DNA from: Anthoceros angustus
Lineage: Eukaryota; Plantae; Anthocerotophyta
NCBI GenBank assembly: GCA_010909165.1
Contig: MU008187.1
Span: 66,247-130,246 of the forward strand
Direction: 5' to 3'
DNA: 64,000 bases
The stretch's first letter is position 1. Each line of letters starts with the position of its first letter. Position numbers and translations under genes: made by a program. Below, piece by piece: positions 21,601 through 35,147 of the stretch. The notes beneath the pieces were generated by a model. It had not been told where the DNA came from. It saw nothing but the letters and a program-made list of their open reading frames with translations, and did no database searches.

Positions 21601-24300
21601 AACCTCCATTGATACTGAGGTCCCAGTCATCCAAACTCTCCTCCGCTTGCCTTCTGTTGCTTGTCTCAGCATCCAACAGTGGATGGAGTATTGTGATCGG
21701 ATTTTCTACGATTGTCTTTGAAGATGGAAGCACAGAGATTATCTTATAATTTTTGTCATGATCTCTCCGTTCTAGGGCAGTTGAAGTATCTGCCTCCTGC
21801 TTAGGCATTGAGAAGTATCATGCAAGTCACTTACACCATCAATGATGTCATCCACAGCAGTGGCTACTTGTATTCCCTCCTCCTGGTCAGGTATTGGACA
21901 ACAGAAATCCATTAGGCAGTCCAGATGAAAGCTAGCAACCTATTAATTGCCCACCTGACTACCATGTGTTCAAGAATATCACTTAACACATCAAAACCCT
22001 TAACTATGGCCCACTACTGATCAAAACGCAATCATACAGTCCCTAAGGCAAAGCAAAACTTACTACATAAAAGCGCCCCTCGTTGTCTCCCAGTTGAGAG
22101 GTAGGCTTCACCTGAACAGCTTTTGCAAACCCTGGAGGAACTGCAGGCCGAGGTATTGAAGTGCTTGTGTGATTAGTAGAAGGTGCTGGATTTGCAGTCT
22201 TGAGATTAAACCCAATGGACCTATTTGGTGACTTTGGAGAAGAGCCCCCATTTCCATCCATGGACATTCTCGCATCCCAAAGACTGCTCTCATCATGCTT
22301 TCTATTGATTTTCTGTTCATCATTTGAAAGCTTCTGCTCCTTTGACTGCTGGTATTCTTGCAGCTGCCGCTGATGCTGCTTCCGCATGAGTTCAAATGAC
22401 TCTGCATAAGACAGGCTGTCATATACATCAATTTCTTCAACACGAAGAACATACCCATTAAGATCGAACCAACCAGTTAACAAACCTCTTCGCTTCCGCT
22501 CCTGCTCCACTCTCTCTTCACTTGAGGGATCATCAAATCCAAAAGTCTCATCATTGATGAAGTCCGTTTCCTCCCGCCGCACATATGGAGATGCCTGAAA
22601 ATGTCAGGAGCCATAGTGGTGACATCCTAGACACCTCTAAACAGAGCAGTGAACTGCACAGATGTTTTACAAACACAGGCTTGTCAATAGCAAGTATGTT
22701 TCAGTTCACCTTGACCTGTCTAGTTGGCTGATACTGGTCATGGCCACGGCCATAGCGAGTAAATCCAGTATATCTTGACGAATTGCCTGGTAAGGCACTT
22801 GCAAAGACACTTCGAGGACCACCACCACTACCCAGGAGGCCATCACGCTCAGATGGCACCCAACCAGAACGGCCTGTCACACTGGCTTGCCCACAAGCAT
22901 GGGCTCCAGAATCTGGGAGACAACCATGCCATACATTTTAGAAATTGAAGTCCTTGAACATCCTAGCTGCAAAATCCAAATCAGAGAAGCCACAACTTCT
23001 ACAGAAGAAGCAGATTGCAATGAACAAATAAAAGTCGACAGGCAAGTGAACCATCAGCATCAGAGTGGTTTTCAGATTTTCTCCCCACAAGTAAATTTCA
23101 AGAAGAAGCCTACCCAACTCATCAGCATCCCAGTCATGAAATGGGCGCTTCTCTTTTTCTCTGTCACCGCACCCTGCTCGGTGCTCCCGCTTGCCCTGAC
23201 CAGAAGCACCTGCCCCTGCAGGCCTGTCAACAGAGCGAACATGCCCATTCTCACCCCAGTTCGCAGCTGGCCTGGGTGGGTAGCTGGTTGAAAATGCATT
23301 CCCGACTTCATCATCATACAGTTTTCGCCTGGGGCCTTGTTGGATCCCTGATACGCCACTTGATCCACTTGATCCAGGGCGCCATGAGTCTTTTCGCCAT
23401 TCTGGAATCTCCTGGGGAGATCTGATGTAGACCTCACTGCGCATGTCATACCACATTTCCACATTTGGTCCGAGCGTGATTGGTATGACATTATGTTTCC
23501 AGCCATAAATACTTAAAGTAGGAGACCCCTAGCCATCACACAGTTGGGATCAAGTCTTTTTTCCTATCTCGGCGTGGTAAGCCTCGAGATGCTGGAACAG
23601 GAATTGCGACACCTCCATCCACGATTTCGGGGGAGGATCTCTGCAAAGCAGATGACATTGGTAACTCAGCACAGGAAGTTGATTTGATTAGGTAAAAAGA
23701 CAAATCATTGGATCATGTAAATTCTACAGAAGATGAACTTAAGATACAAATGAAGAGATCACATGTGCCATCATATATTTGACCCTGACCAAGTCTTAAC
23801 AGCATTGAATAATACTACCTCCACAATATGGGGTCAAGGCCACCTGGCCGTAATTTGCATGATTCATGATCAGCAAAGGACAAGAGAAAATCCCTTGTGT
23901 AGCAATGCTTGGCAGATCTGCAGCCAAAAAGAGAATGGCACAATCAACATGACATGTGCTCTGACACTTAAGTTGCAGCACAAAGCAGTAGAACCGGGTG
24001 TCACAGGACACACTGCAAGCACCAGTACAGGAGATAAAAGATACCCACGATTCAAACATGGCAGGCAAGAGACAGGTTCAGAAATTACTTGGACGTCAGA
24101 CAAGGAGAAGCTGGATATCCTTCGGTTGCACCAGGGCCAACTCCTTCCTCACCCATCTGAGTCGACACTTCGAAAACTTTGGACAATCCTGAAACCACAT
24201 TCGAGGCGCTTGCACACTGACCTACGACAATCTGAGCCACCAGCCTGACTGATCTGCAGCTGCCACACAGCCTGCTCCGCGCCGAGGGCTAGGCAGATCC
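18629..24300 (-). CDS. CBE1: CBE1-like (conserved binding of eIF4E 1) multi-exon gene; 5' exon and terminal exon approximate
   Basis: Ordered blocks typical of the plant CBE1 family: WVPSERDGLLGSG, YQPTRQVK|ASPYVRREETDFINDETFG..EQERKRR|ESFELMRKQHQ, SLEDIEKG, SAQWF..LLSLL, TLESLFGKAFMNELRAQDKPVS, GIERWFGMEV. GT-AG introns at 22913-23113, 22595-22709 and 22402-22485; donor at 22063. Several apparent 1-bp deletions in the long 3' exon. Confidence 0.82.
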
Positions 24301-24506
24301 AAAGACAAATCATCCACTAGAAACCTCGATCCAAGGTGCCACGATATTGCTAAACTCCAGCACGTCAGTATATAACAGAAAGGATCCTATGAGATACACA
24401 ATGGAGCGAGAGGAGGTTTTGTACATTTATACCGATACCTATATAGGTTACATATAAGAACGAAGTCCTTTATTATAGTCTACTTGGATGAAATTTTTCA
24501 AACAAG

Positions 24507-25046
24507 TCACCCCATCTAAGTATTGATCTAAGGACTGATCTATGCCTGAGCTACTTGCAACCAAGGGCATCCACTTCCTTTAGGCACCACAATCACCGAT
24601 CTAAGCGCAGGATGCTTAGTGTCCATTAGGTTTCCTATGTGTGTCCAAATGGCGAGGCCAAATGGACACACATTTATAAGAACGCTTAAGCATCCCGCTT
24701 AGATCGGTACTTAGATGGGGTGCCTAAAGGGAGTGGATGCCCTTGGTGCAAGTAGCTTAGGCACACCATGGTACAAGTTTATTAAGTACCAAGTCCCATG
24801 ACGAAATCCTTAGTGGACTCAAATAAAATTCTTCTTCTTCTCCATTTGGACACATAAGAGTGGGGTGTTTTCCAAAAATGAATAGTTGGGTGATTAAAAC
24901 TTTCAGATTCAATCGATATAAGATGCAAATAGATCAAACGTGTTTTAGATCTTTAAGAGTGTTTTATAATATATGTATGTAATTAGATCAAGAATAGATG
25001 GGGTGCCTAAAGGAGTGAATGCCCTGCTGCAAGTAGCTTAGGCACA
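24507..25046. repeat. Fold-back / MITE-like inverted repeat with a third partial copy
   Basis: TGCCTGAGCTACTTGCAACCAAGGGCATCCACTTCCTTTAGGCACC (from 24543) pairs with GGTGCCTAAAGGGAGTGGATGCCCTTGGTGCAAGTAGCTTAGGCA (to 24763). Inner arms also pair. Extra arm copy at about 24996-25046. Confidence 0.85.
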
Positions 25047-26449
25047 NTATGCACGCCGCCATCTTCACACTCTCCACGTTCACTTGCTCGGCTCATGATT
25101 CAAAACATTCGCACACCCTTGGTGTGGTCGTCCCACAAGCACGTTGAGCAGCTTAGAGCTAGTAAATCGTGGTTTGCGAACCCGTCAAGATTCTAACATG
25201 CGATTTAGTAACTATAATATGCGTAGCTATAGAATAAGAAATTCTCCGATGCTATTATGCCATGACAATGACCAAAACGGACTCATTGGCTAAACACGTA
25301 GCGATATACTCCAATCTCGCTTCACTACATCAATTTCATGATCGCTTGCATGGCTTGAAGACTTTTCACAAGAAAGAGGCCGAAGAGTGGTTTAATGAAA
25401 TTATGAATAAAGTTAAAATAAAAAATCATTATATTAAAATATATCATACAAATAAAAATTCTTATATAATAAAATTACTATCTTTCATTATTAGCCTACA
25501 TTACTCTCCTTCCTCTCCTTTGGTTGAACCTATATTGTAGGAGGAGGAGGAGCCACCTTCTCCACGGCGACCACTACTCGAGATCCGGACATGGAAATTC
25601 CTCAACACCTTGGATATTCATGATATCCGGATGATGACTTTTCCAGCTCTGAATATACGGATGCATCAGCCGGTTCCCCTATAGTTGAACCAGCTCACAG
25701 CATATGAAGAAGAAAACTCTTTAGAACAAGTCAATCCTTGAGGATACAACCTTTGCAAGGTACAACCTAATGTAAGCGATCAAAGTAGACAAGATGCTAC
25801 AACGTACTCTAATAAAATAGATTGGTAAGAATTCATTACAAGCGTGTGTCTTATATACTATCTACGAGCAGTCATACATTCGTGTATGTAACCTAACTAA
25901 CGAGATCGCTTTATATGATCCAAACCCTAACGGGTTTAATCCAACACGCCCAGAAATGAGCACTGTATTGGGAAATCGACTATGGCGAGTCTACGTCTTG
26001 TGCCTCGCTCTGACGCCCTCGCAATAGCAGTGTTCCTCCTCTACGACATGTCACGAGCGAGGAACAAAGGAAGCGCAAGAGCAAGCAAGGAGAACCACAC
26101 TACCATCAGGCGCCACAACAAATGGAACGACTTGCTAAGCAAAGATGGAGGTAGCAAGCTGGAGGCTGCCGCTTGTGGATCTCATATCTCAGAGATAGGC
26201 GCAATGATGAAGAACAAGAAATTACGCCCATTTGAGGAAGAAATGTCGAGGGAGAAGTTCAACGCCACCGCCAGCCCGCCAAAATTTGCCTCGTGAGGAT
26301 AAGTGACTTCTCAAAGTAGCTGTATTGAGACACGCTTAGATATCACAGTAGAAGCCTTCATCCACCATGACCTGCAGCCTTTTTGAGGAAAATCCGAGGA
26401 GCTAGGAAGAAGAAGGCATAGGAAAGCCTCCTCAGACACCCATAGCTTC

Positions 26450-27587
26450 CATGTGCCGATAGTGCTACGCGGCAGCAGTAGTGCATTGGCTAGCAAGTCC
26501 GCTGTGGTTGCAAGATCTGTGGATACATGCTGAATTTTTACATGCTTCGCTTCGCCACATAATGTCTAATGTAATGGAATGGTGCACCTCTATGTGCTTA
26601 AAAGTAGCGTGAAGGCGTGGGTTAAGTGAAATCATAGCGTATTGTGACATGTTGTCACAAAGTGTATTGGAGTGGGATGTGACCGTGGGAACCAAGACTG
26701 CATGAAAACTCAAGGCATTCCCATATAGGCCTTTCCTTGGTACCTCCATCGCTCTGCCATGCGCCCTCGGTAGACAGAGCTCATGTAGAAGCTTTGCTTC
26801 TTTGAGCTCCAAAGGATGATGGCAAGATTAGACAACATAAAAAGAGTGGTCGAGATGCTCTCCTCCTGCATCGACCGCCGAGATGGTGAGCTCAATCGCA
26901 TCCGCGTAACTACAAGGTCAAGGTCACAGATCTTCCATTTCCCTAAGCATAAGCGTGGTTTATGGTGCTTGTAAATAACGAAATGCGGCGAATCTTAACG
27001 CGCCCAAAGGAACCGTCCAGATTGTCGAGGAACCGAAACGGAGCCGACAAATGATAATTTAATATCTAGACGAGTCCAACACAAAATGGTATCATATAAT
27101 TGAGACAAATTTACAAGAGATGGCTTTGTATAGGAATATGAGTTTGCTATAGCTTGACGCTCGCCTTCATCACCCGAGGGCACGATCACCGATCAACAAA
27201 GCTTAGTGCCACGCATCTCCAGTGTGAGACAAAGTTTTGCGTATAAGATAGATGAAAACGTCGTAAGGTCCTTTAAACGATATACTTAGCTCGGTGAAGA
27301 ATAATAGTATGCGCCGCCAACATTATCATGGATCAATCCCAGAACACCAAGCACAAAGGTAAGGGTCCTATATCCTTCATATCAAACTTTTGATGAAGCA
27401 TGCCTTTAACCCATGCTAATGATCGTAATCGCTTGACGCGAGGATGCATCACTCGATATAGAGAGCAAGAATAAACAACTATATGACCGCTCTTGGAATA
27501 TATATGTAGACATTGGCATCTCCAGTTACTCAGATAAGGAAACCAATGGACTTGTACTGTACTCAATTGTCTTATACCATTTCCCCG
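26450..27587 (-). mobile_element. Ty1/copia element, 3' part (RT C-terminus and RNase H), degraded
   Basis: KGMLHQKFDMKDIGP (copia RT) and EAKLLHEL..TLCDNMSQYAMISLNPRLHATFKHIEV (copia RNase H). Confidence 0.85.
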
Positions 27588-30202
27588 TGTATAACGATCT
27601 AGTCTCGAGAAACCCCCGTTAAAATGTGCCTGGCAAGTGAATTTTTTTGTTTTTTTTACCGAGTGGTGTGAAAATAAGTTGGTTAAGTAGGGGATATTTA
27701 TAGAAGAAATGTCCTTGGCCTATGGAGTTCTTTTTGTTTTCAGGTTAGAAAATAAATGGTCCGGAATTTGGTGTTCCTTGGCCCATGGACTCGGAATGTT
27801 CCCTAAAAGTCTATATATGTGAGATAGGGGGTTGGAATAATTAGAGTCTATAAGTTGGGGTCGACCGGCCAGCGAATGAGTGTGGGGTTGTGGATTGGGA
27901 TGTGGGAAGCGGTCGTGAAACGAGGAGTAGGGGAACAGGGAAACTTAACCCTAGGAAATAGTCCGTTCAAACAACGGAGGCGCGGAGCGGGGAGCGGGCG
28001 GCGACAGCGTGAAGGCGAGCGTGAGTCGGCGGGGAGGCGCGCGAAGGAAGGAGCTCGAACCCCCATCGCGGCGCGTGCGGAGGAGGAGGAAGGCTGACAG
28101 GGCAGCGCTCCTTCTGAGGAGGTAGGAACCACAGGCTGACCCCCGAAATTCGCAGTGGCGTTGGTTTGGTGCGAGCCGGAAGACGTGAGAGGATGGCGCC
28201 CAAGGTCCTACCGTGTGCTTGCCCAATGGAACATGGATCATTGGAAAGTTCAGTGAGGCTGGTGAAGGAGGCAAGCTGGGTTTCATGGAAGAGCGGTGGA
28301 ATTACATGAACACAGTGGAGTGTCGCGCGCCACAAGGAATGACCGGTGGGGATTTGCCGAGATTGGGACAGGTTGGGAGGTGTATGGTGTATGGCAAGGA
28401 GGAGGCGGGCGGTTTGGTGATGGGAGTCCGGAAAAAGAAGACACAGTTAAGCGGGCGTGGTCATGAGTGAGTGGTTGTGAGATTGTGGTGATTGATGGAG
28501 TGCGGCGGTGGCTCCTATGTTTCCTGTGACACTGAAGCGGGATTATTTGTCGACCACTTGCTGCTGTTCCTTCATGAAGTGGTCAAGGCGAAATCGATTG
28601 AAGGCGAATTCTCTTGACAAGTTGTGTGAAGAGAGGTTGAACTTGATTTCCTACCTCGGCCCTCTCTAATCTCACCATTTCGGTCCATCTTTATGTTTCG
28701 CTAGCTGCGAGGTGGAGATTGTAGCCTCCCTCCACATGTGGAAGCACGGTTAGGGAGGTGAAATGGGGCGGAGGAGGAGGAAAAATCGGATAGGCGAGTC
28801 GGTGGCGGCAGGCGGTTCGGAGGAAGGAAATTCCCACCGGCAAAGGAGGAAGACCGGGGTGAAAGGCGGGCATCGGTGAAAAAGGTGAGGATGCGTCACG
28901 GTCAGCAGGCGCCCTTCTGAGAAAATGAGCCAAGCGGCGGTGGAGGTGAGGAGGCGCGATCCGAGGACAATCAATCGACTGGATGCGGATGATGAATCAA
29001 CTCCAGGAGGGTTTAGGGCGACCTCGAGGCGGACCCCTCGGCATGGGAAGAGATTTTCAAGGGGACTCCAGCAGCAGCGGTGGATGCAACCCGGGTGGTG
29101 AGGTGCGCACCTTGAGGAGGAAAGTTCTCGGAGGAGGGATGGCGTCGGCGGGGCCGCCACAACAAGTGGACTTGCGAGGTGACCACGTCGATGATCCGCC
29201 CAAGCGGTTGTTGGATCAAGCGGCTTTAGCTCTCACGGCTCGGTGTGGCGGCGGGAGGAAGTGGTGAAGGCAGTTTGTGAAGGAGGCCAGCGCAAACAGC
29301 GGAGGAAGACAAGCGGAACCTAGAAATAAGGGCCAAGATTCAAGAAGATTTGTGCAGGCCCGGGAGAAGTTGCAAGCCATGAGCAGTGAGGAAGCACTCA
29401 TGGCTCAAATTAAGGATGCCCAGGCGAACCAGAGATGCGGGGAGTTGTTGCGAGCCAGGAGGCGAGGCGGCCTCGGTGGAAAAGGCCCATAAGCTGGCGG
29501 AGGCGTATAAGCGAGGCGGGATGAGGCACGTGGGGCGAGAAAGACAAAGGGAAGGGGCGGGAGTGGCAGGACCCACGGTAGCGGAAGGAACTCTGAGGAA
29601 GGAGCGGCAGAGGTGGCGAAACCTCACCTGTTCTTTGAGCGCAGTGCAGTCGTGGAGTCCACTACTGTGAGGTCAAACTTCTGGGCATTGCAAGCAGGGA
29701 GCGGCGGGGCGGAGGCGGCAGTGCGACGTGGCGCCTCGCGAGACATAGGCCGACGGCGGTGTAGCCTACGGGAGGAGGAGGGTAGCACCTCAGTGCGGGG
29801 GTCCTATTATATTACGGCACATGGATGAGGAAACTTATGTTCTGGTCTATATGTGAATGGAGAACGTGCTTAACTTCATCCATGTGCGTGTGGAAATAGG
29901 AGGATCGGGGCCTACCTCGCAGTGAGGACCAGTGCATACTTCTACCGCTGCGCTTGGTGTGGGGTTGGCTTATGCGGAGGCGACTTTGGAGGAGTTGAGG
30001 AGGTCGAGCTTGGGTGGACGAGAGCCGATAATCTCTCGCAATAGGCGGCGGTGGAAGATGCGGAAGCCCAGGCGGTACACCTCAAATTGAGGCGTGGCGG
30101 TGGCAGGTGGAAGTAGTGTGGAGAACCAGTCCAGGCACCAACATGTGGAGAGCTCGTGGCGGCAGCAATGGAGGACGAGGGGCCGGGCAGCCCAAGTCAA
30201 GG
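27588..30202 (+). repeat. Element P 5' LTR, first part (interrupted by M)
   Basis: Starts TGTATAACGATCTAGTCTCG; collinear with 57799 to about 60295. Confidence 0.88.
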
Positions 30203-33200
30203 TATGGAGTGTGGATGGTCGTCCGTGGGACACCGTGAGGTCCACATTCACCCTCAATGTCACAGAGGCTTAGATTAGCTCCCAAGGGAATGGTTTGTGC
30301 CAGAGGCGCTAACTTCTATCACTCGACCTTCACCTAAGTCGGGACACTTGCTATTACTCCTCTTACCTATCTACTCAACCACTACTACCCCGTCTAGCTA
30401 CCACGGACTCTTATTCCACGACCGCAAATCATTCCGCGGTGGCTCTCCTGTAGTTGCTTGCACCGAGGTGGGTCCCACACCAAACCCTAGCGACTTATTT
30501 GCGCGGCGCCCGCGGATCACCGCATCACGGCGTGCCGGATCGGCTTTGCACTCCACTTCATGCACACACACACACCGATTCCTAGGGACCAAAGTTCCAC
30601 AAATCCTCACCACACACACACACACAAAGGCGCCACACTCACACAACTTTACAAGGGCCTGTTCCTTGTGCACTTTCCACCGGCCCGGTTTGGTTTCTTT
30701 TGGATTCACACAATTCTCCTTGCTAGCCTCTCAATTAGTTCCCTTCTCAACCCCTCTCACACCTCGCATCATCTGATTGTTTAGTCACTCCTTCACCCAA
30801 TCTTCTCCTCTCTCTCTCTCTCCCTCAATTCGCCCGAGCTTCAACCATCCACTCAACACTTCTCGATTTGAACACAACTAGCGAGGACAAGGTGAAGGAA
30901 AGAAGAACCCCGGGCGTCCGCAGGCGTTACGAGCAAGCTCCGGACCGCCCGCGCCAATCCCTTGGTTTCCTCCTCCTTTGTCGGCCAAGATTGCTTTCAC
31001 CCTCCTCCCACGGAGCAAGCTCTCGACCACCCCTAGGCGTCGCGCACACCTCATCAATCGGACGTCTCCAACCACGAGCGGCGTGGGGATCTCAACCGGG
31101 GTTGCTCGGCGTGAGGGACCTAATTCGCCCCTCTTATACATCGGTGGGGCCATGATTTTAGGTCCTAAGATGGCTATCACGAAGGGCGCCACAATTCGGG
31201 CGATCCTAGGTCGATCGACATCCTAACCAAATTATCTTTGGGTTGCTACCACCTGCCCTCGCTATCTGCGCGCCCTACCTCGACTTGGTCCGTCCTCCAT
31301 TGCGCCACGAGCTCTCACCTTGCCGCTGGTCGGGGGTTCTCCCACTACTTCCACCTCACATCGCTGCTGGGCGAATTTGAGGTGTACCACTGGGCTTCGC
31401 ATCTTGGCCGCCTATTCTTGAGGATTACGGTTCCTCGTCCACCCAAGCTGGACCTCCTCCTCGCTCAACTCCTCCAAAGTCGCCTCGCATAATAGGGGCC
31501 AACCCCACACGGCGTGGTAGAAGTATGCACCGGGTCCTCACTTGCGATGGGTAGGCCCGATCCCTCCTATTTCCACACGCACATGGGCCGGTGAGGTTAA
31601 GCCGCGTTCTCCATTCACATATAGACCGAGCACATAAGTTTCCTCATCCATGTGCCGTAATATAATAGGACCCCTGCGGTGAGGTGCTTACCCTCCTCCC
31701 GTAGGCTACACACAGTTGCACGGCCATGTCCTCGCGAGGCGCCACGTCGCACCACTCGCCCGCCACACCTTGGGTTGGTTGCGCCAATGTCGGTGGCGGT
31801 TTCGACTAGCGTAGTGGACTCCCACGGTCGTTGTTCAACCTTGGTAGGTGAGGTTTGGCTACCTCGGTTCTTGCTTCCTTCTCGTGGCCTTCCGCTACCC
31901 GATCGTGGTCACCCTGCTTCCCTTCCCTTTGTCTTTTCGGCCACGTGCCTCATCCGCTCCGCTTATATCGCTCCGAGCTTATGGGCCTTTTCCAGAGGCC
32001 GCCTCACACTCTCGCAACAACTCCCCTGCATCTCTGGTTCGTCGTGGGCATCCTTAATTTGAGCCATGAGTGCTTCCTGGCTCGTCATGGCACAACTTCT
32101 CCTGCCACCGCACAAATCTTCTTGAATCTTGGCCCTTATTTCCTCTAGGTTCCGCTTGTCTTCCTCCGATTGCTTGCGCTTGGCCTCCTCTTCGTCAAAC
32201 TGGCCTTCACCACTTCCTCCGTCGCCCCTTGAGCCGGTGAGAGCTAAAGCGCTTGATCCAACAAATCACTTGGGCGGATCATCGGCGTGGTCGGCTCACT
32301 GCAAGTCCACTTGTTGTGGCGGCCCGCGACGCCATCCCTCGAGAACTTTCCTCCCAGTGCGCACCCTCACCAATTCGGTTGCATCCACCTCTGTTGCGGT
32401 GGAGTCCCTTGAAAATCTCTTCCCATCTTTGAGGAGGTCCGCCTCGAGGTCAGCCCTAAACCCTCCGGAGTTGATTCATCATCGCATCCAGTCGAAAATT
32501 GTCCTCGGATCGCGCCTCTTCTCGCCACCTCAAGCTTTTGGCTTTCATGGCCTTGGCGCCCGTTTTCGACACAGTGGCGCATCCGCCTTCACCTTTTGAT
32601 GCCCGCCTTCACCCCGGTCTTCCTCCTTTCTTTGGTGGGAATTTCCTTCTCCTCCTCAGCTGCATGCCGACTCGGCTATCCGATTTTTCCTCCTTGGGCT
32701 CCTCCGCCTTCCATTTCACCTCCCTAACGGCTTCCACATGTGGAGGCTACAATCTCCACCTCTGGCGGGCTTGGCGTAAACATAAAGATGGACGAGAAAT
32801 GGTGAGATTAGAGAGGCGAGGCGGAGAAATCAAGTTCAACCTCTCTTCACACAACTTCGAGAATTCGCCCCAATCGATCTTCGCTGACCACTTCATGAAG
32901 GAACGGCAAGTGGTCGGACAAATAATCCACCTTCTTGTCTTTGCGAAACATAGGAGCCACTGGCGGACCCATCAAGCTGCCTGTTGCCAATCCCTCGTCA
33001 ACCGGCCGTTGGGTTGCACGCTTTAACCGGTTGCTGCCGTGCTTCTTTTCCGGCGGCTCCATCACCAAACCGCCGCCTCCTCCTTCGCCCATACACCCTT
33101 CTAACCAGGTCCCAATCCCCGCGCTCTAAATCCCCTTTGGTTCTGTCCTTGGTGGCGCGCACTCTGCACACCGTCCCGAGTTCATGTAATTCCACCGCTC

Positions 33201-33941
33201 TTCCATGAAACCCGGCTTGACTCCTTCACGACTCCCGGCTCGAACTTTCCAATGATCCATGTTCGGCCATTGGGCAAGCACAATTTGTGGTGACCTTGGG
33301 CGCCATCCTCTCACGGTCTTCGGTCTCGCGCCACCCAACGCCACCTCGCTGCGAATTTCACGAGGTCGGTCTCGAGGTTCCTACCTCCTCGGCAAGGAGG
33401 CGCTCGCCGCGCCTTCCTCCTCTGCGTCGCGCCTCGGCGGGTTCGGGCTCCCGTCGTTCGCCTCGCGCCTCTCGATCACGGTCCCCGACCGGCTCCTCGA
33501 CCGTCGGCGCTTGCCGTCGTCGCGCTCTCGCTCCGTCGCCGCCGTTGCGCTCCGTTGTTTGAGCGGATTACATCATTTCCTAGGGTTAAGTTTCCCGGTT
33601 CCCCTACTCTGTTAGACCTCTCGACCGCTTCCACATCCCAATCCACAACCCCACACTCATTCGGCCGCGGTTGTCACCCCAACTTATAGACTCTAATTTC
33701 CAACCCCCTATCTCACATATATAGACTTTTTAGGGAACATTCGTCCATGGGCCAAGGAACACCAAATTCCGGACCATTTATTTTCTAACCTAGGCAATAA
33801 AACAAAAAGAACTCCATAGGCCAAGGACATTTTTACTATGAATATCCCCAACTACCGTCACTTATTTTCACACCTCTACCAAAAAAACAAAAAATTCACT
33901 TGGGCACATTTTAACGGGGTTTCGAGACTAGATCGTTTACA
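30203..33941 (-). repeat. Element M 3' LTR (about 3.74 kb)
   Basis: Reverse complement of the P LTR; abuts the PPT at 33942. Confidence 0.88.
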
Positions 33942-33957
33942 TACTCCCTTCTCATTT
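33942..33957 (-). promoter_or_regulatory. 3' polypurine tract of M (AAATGAGAAGGGAGTA)
   Basis: Immediately precedes the LTR-initial TG on the minus strand. Confidence 0.85.
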
Positions 33958-34075
33958 GTTGGCGTCGCCAACTTATATATAATACTTCTTGACCCTCCAC
34001 CCATTGACTCGGGTGGTAGTGGAGGTCCTGCTAACTCTTGCGGTTGTCTTGAGCCATTCTTGAAGACTTGAGAAC

Positions 34076-35147
34076 CTATGGCCCCATCCATGAAGGTGGA
34101 GCTTGCCGGAAAGTGCATGTACCTATTGTCGTCTGAGGCCAAGTCACAGAACTACCCACTCTTGCTTCCGCATTGTCATGCCATATATTTTCCGTTTTAC
34201 GAATATCACGCATGGCGCTCAGCACTTCCCTATCCTCTGTATGTTTAGCGAAGCGACAGGCGTTCGGTGACTTTCCTCTCACCCATGCGGTTAGTTTCAC
34301 AGATCGCGGTGGAATTTCAAACTCAATAGGCATTCTAGGAGAATGGCGTAGGTGAGGTAATCGGTGTTTGTTGCGTTGTTATTTTTCTCTGCGATCCTGT
34401 ATGCGGGCGGGTGAAGCTTAAGATCCCGATCGTGCGCGTATTCCACGTTAGCTTGTTGAGGATCACGCACAGAGCCCATTCGCCTTTTTTAATTTGCCTT
34501 GGGATTATAAAGTCGTTTTCACTGGTGACGTTGAAGTAGATCGTCATATGAGATATAACCGTTGGCGAAATGTGACCCTCATGTTGACAAGCTCCAAGGG
34601 ACACCATATCGGTGATAATCATAGAGGAACACACATGAGCATGTCTACTGCGGTCTTGGGCTTCCACCATACAGCGTGCAATAGTCGTGTACGAGGATGT
34701 ATTGGTTTTGTCGCGTCCTCGTTTTTGGGGTATGGGACCAACAAATCTATTCCCCATTTCTCGAATGGCGCGGGCCAATATTGGAACCATTGGCCATTGA
34801 GTGGTTGCGACGGTTTCCCAACCCTCGGCGGGCATCGCGGCGTTTAACAAACTCCTAGCATCACGATGCATGGTTTGCCACCGAGTACCCGTTTCAACAC
34901 CTTCTTGCCGTGATATGTGCAAAAATGTCCTCCGCTTCCCCTCGTGCATCTCGTCTCGGATAACACTTGTTACCCATAACTTTGTCCGCCCATCCGGTCC
35001 GATGCATCTGGTTGTCTTTGCGTCGTACAAGCGGGCGAATAGTGCCTGCGCTTTGTTGGGGTTTGAAAGATCCGGTGGTATTTTCCCGTTTCGAAATTCC
35101 ATCATCTCCTCGTGAGTGGGCCTTGTGTATCCGTTCTCCCTTCTCAT
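34076..35147 (-). pseudogene. Gypsy integrase remnant of M
   Basis: EMHEG..WQTMHRDA (zinc-finger region) and WGNRFVGPIP-like core with frameshifts. Confidence 0.85.

Noticed and set aside
25100-26300. Possible copia 3' LTR or further ORFs (25262-25540, 25982-26296)
   Set aside because: No partner LTR in the window and no recognisable motif, so boundaries could not be supported.
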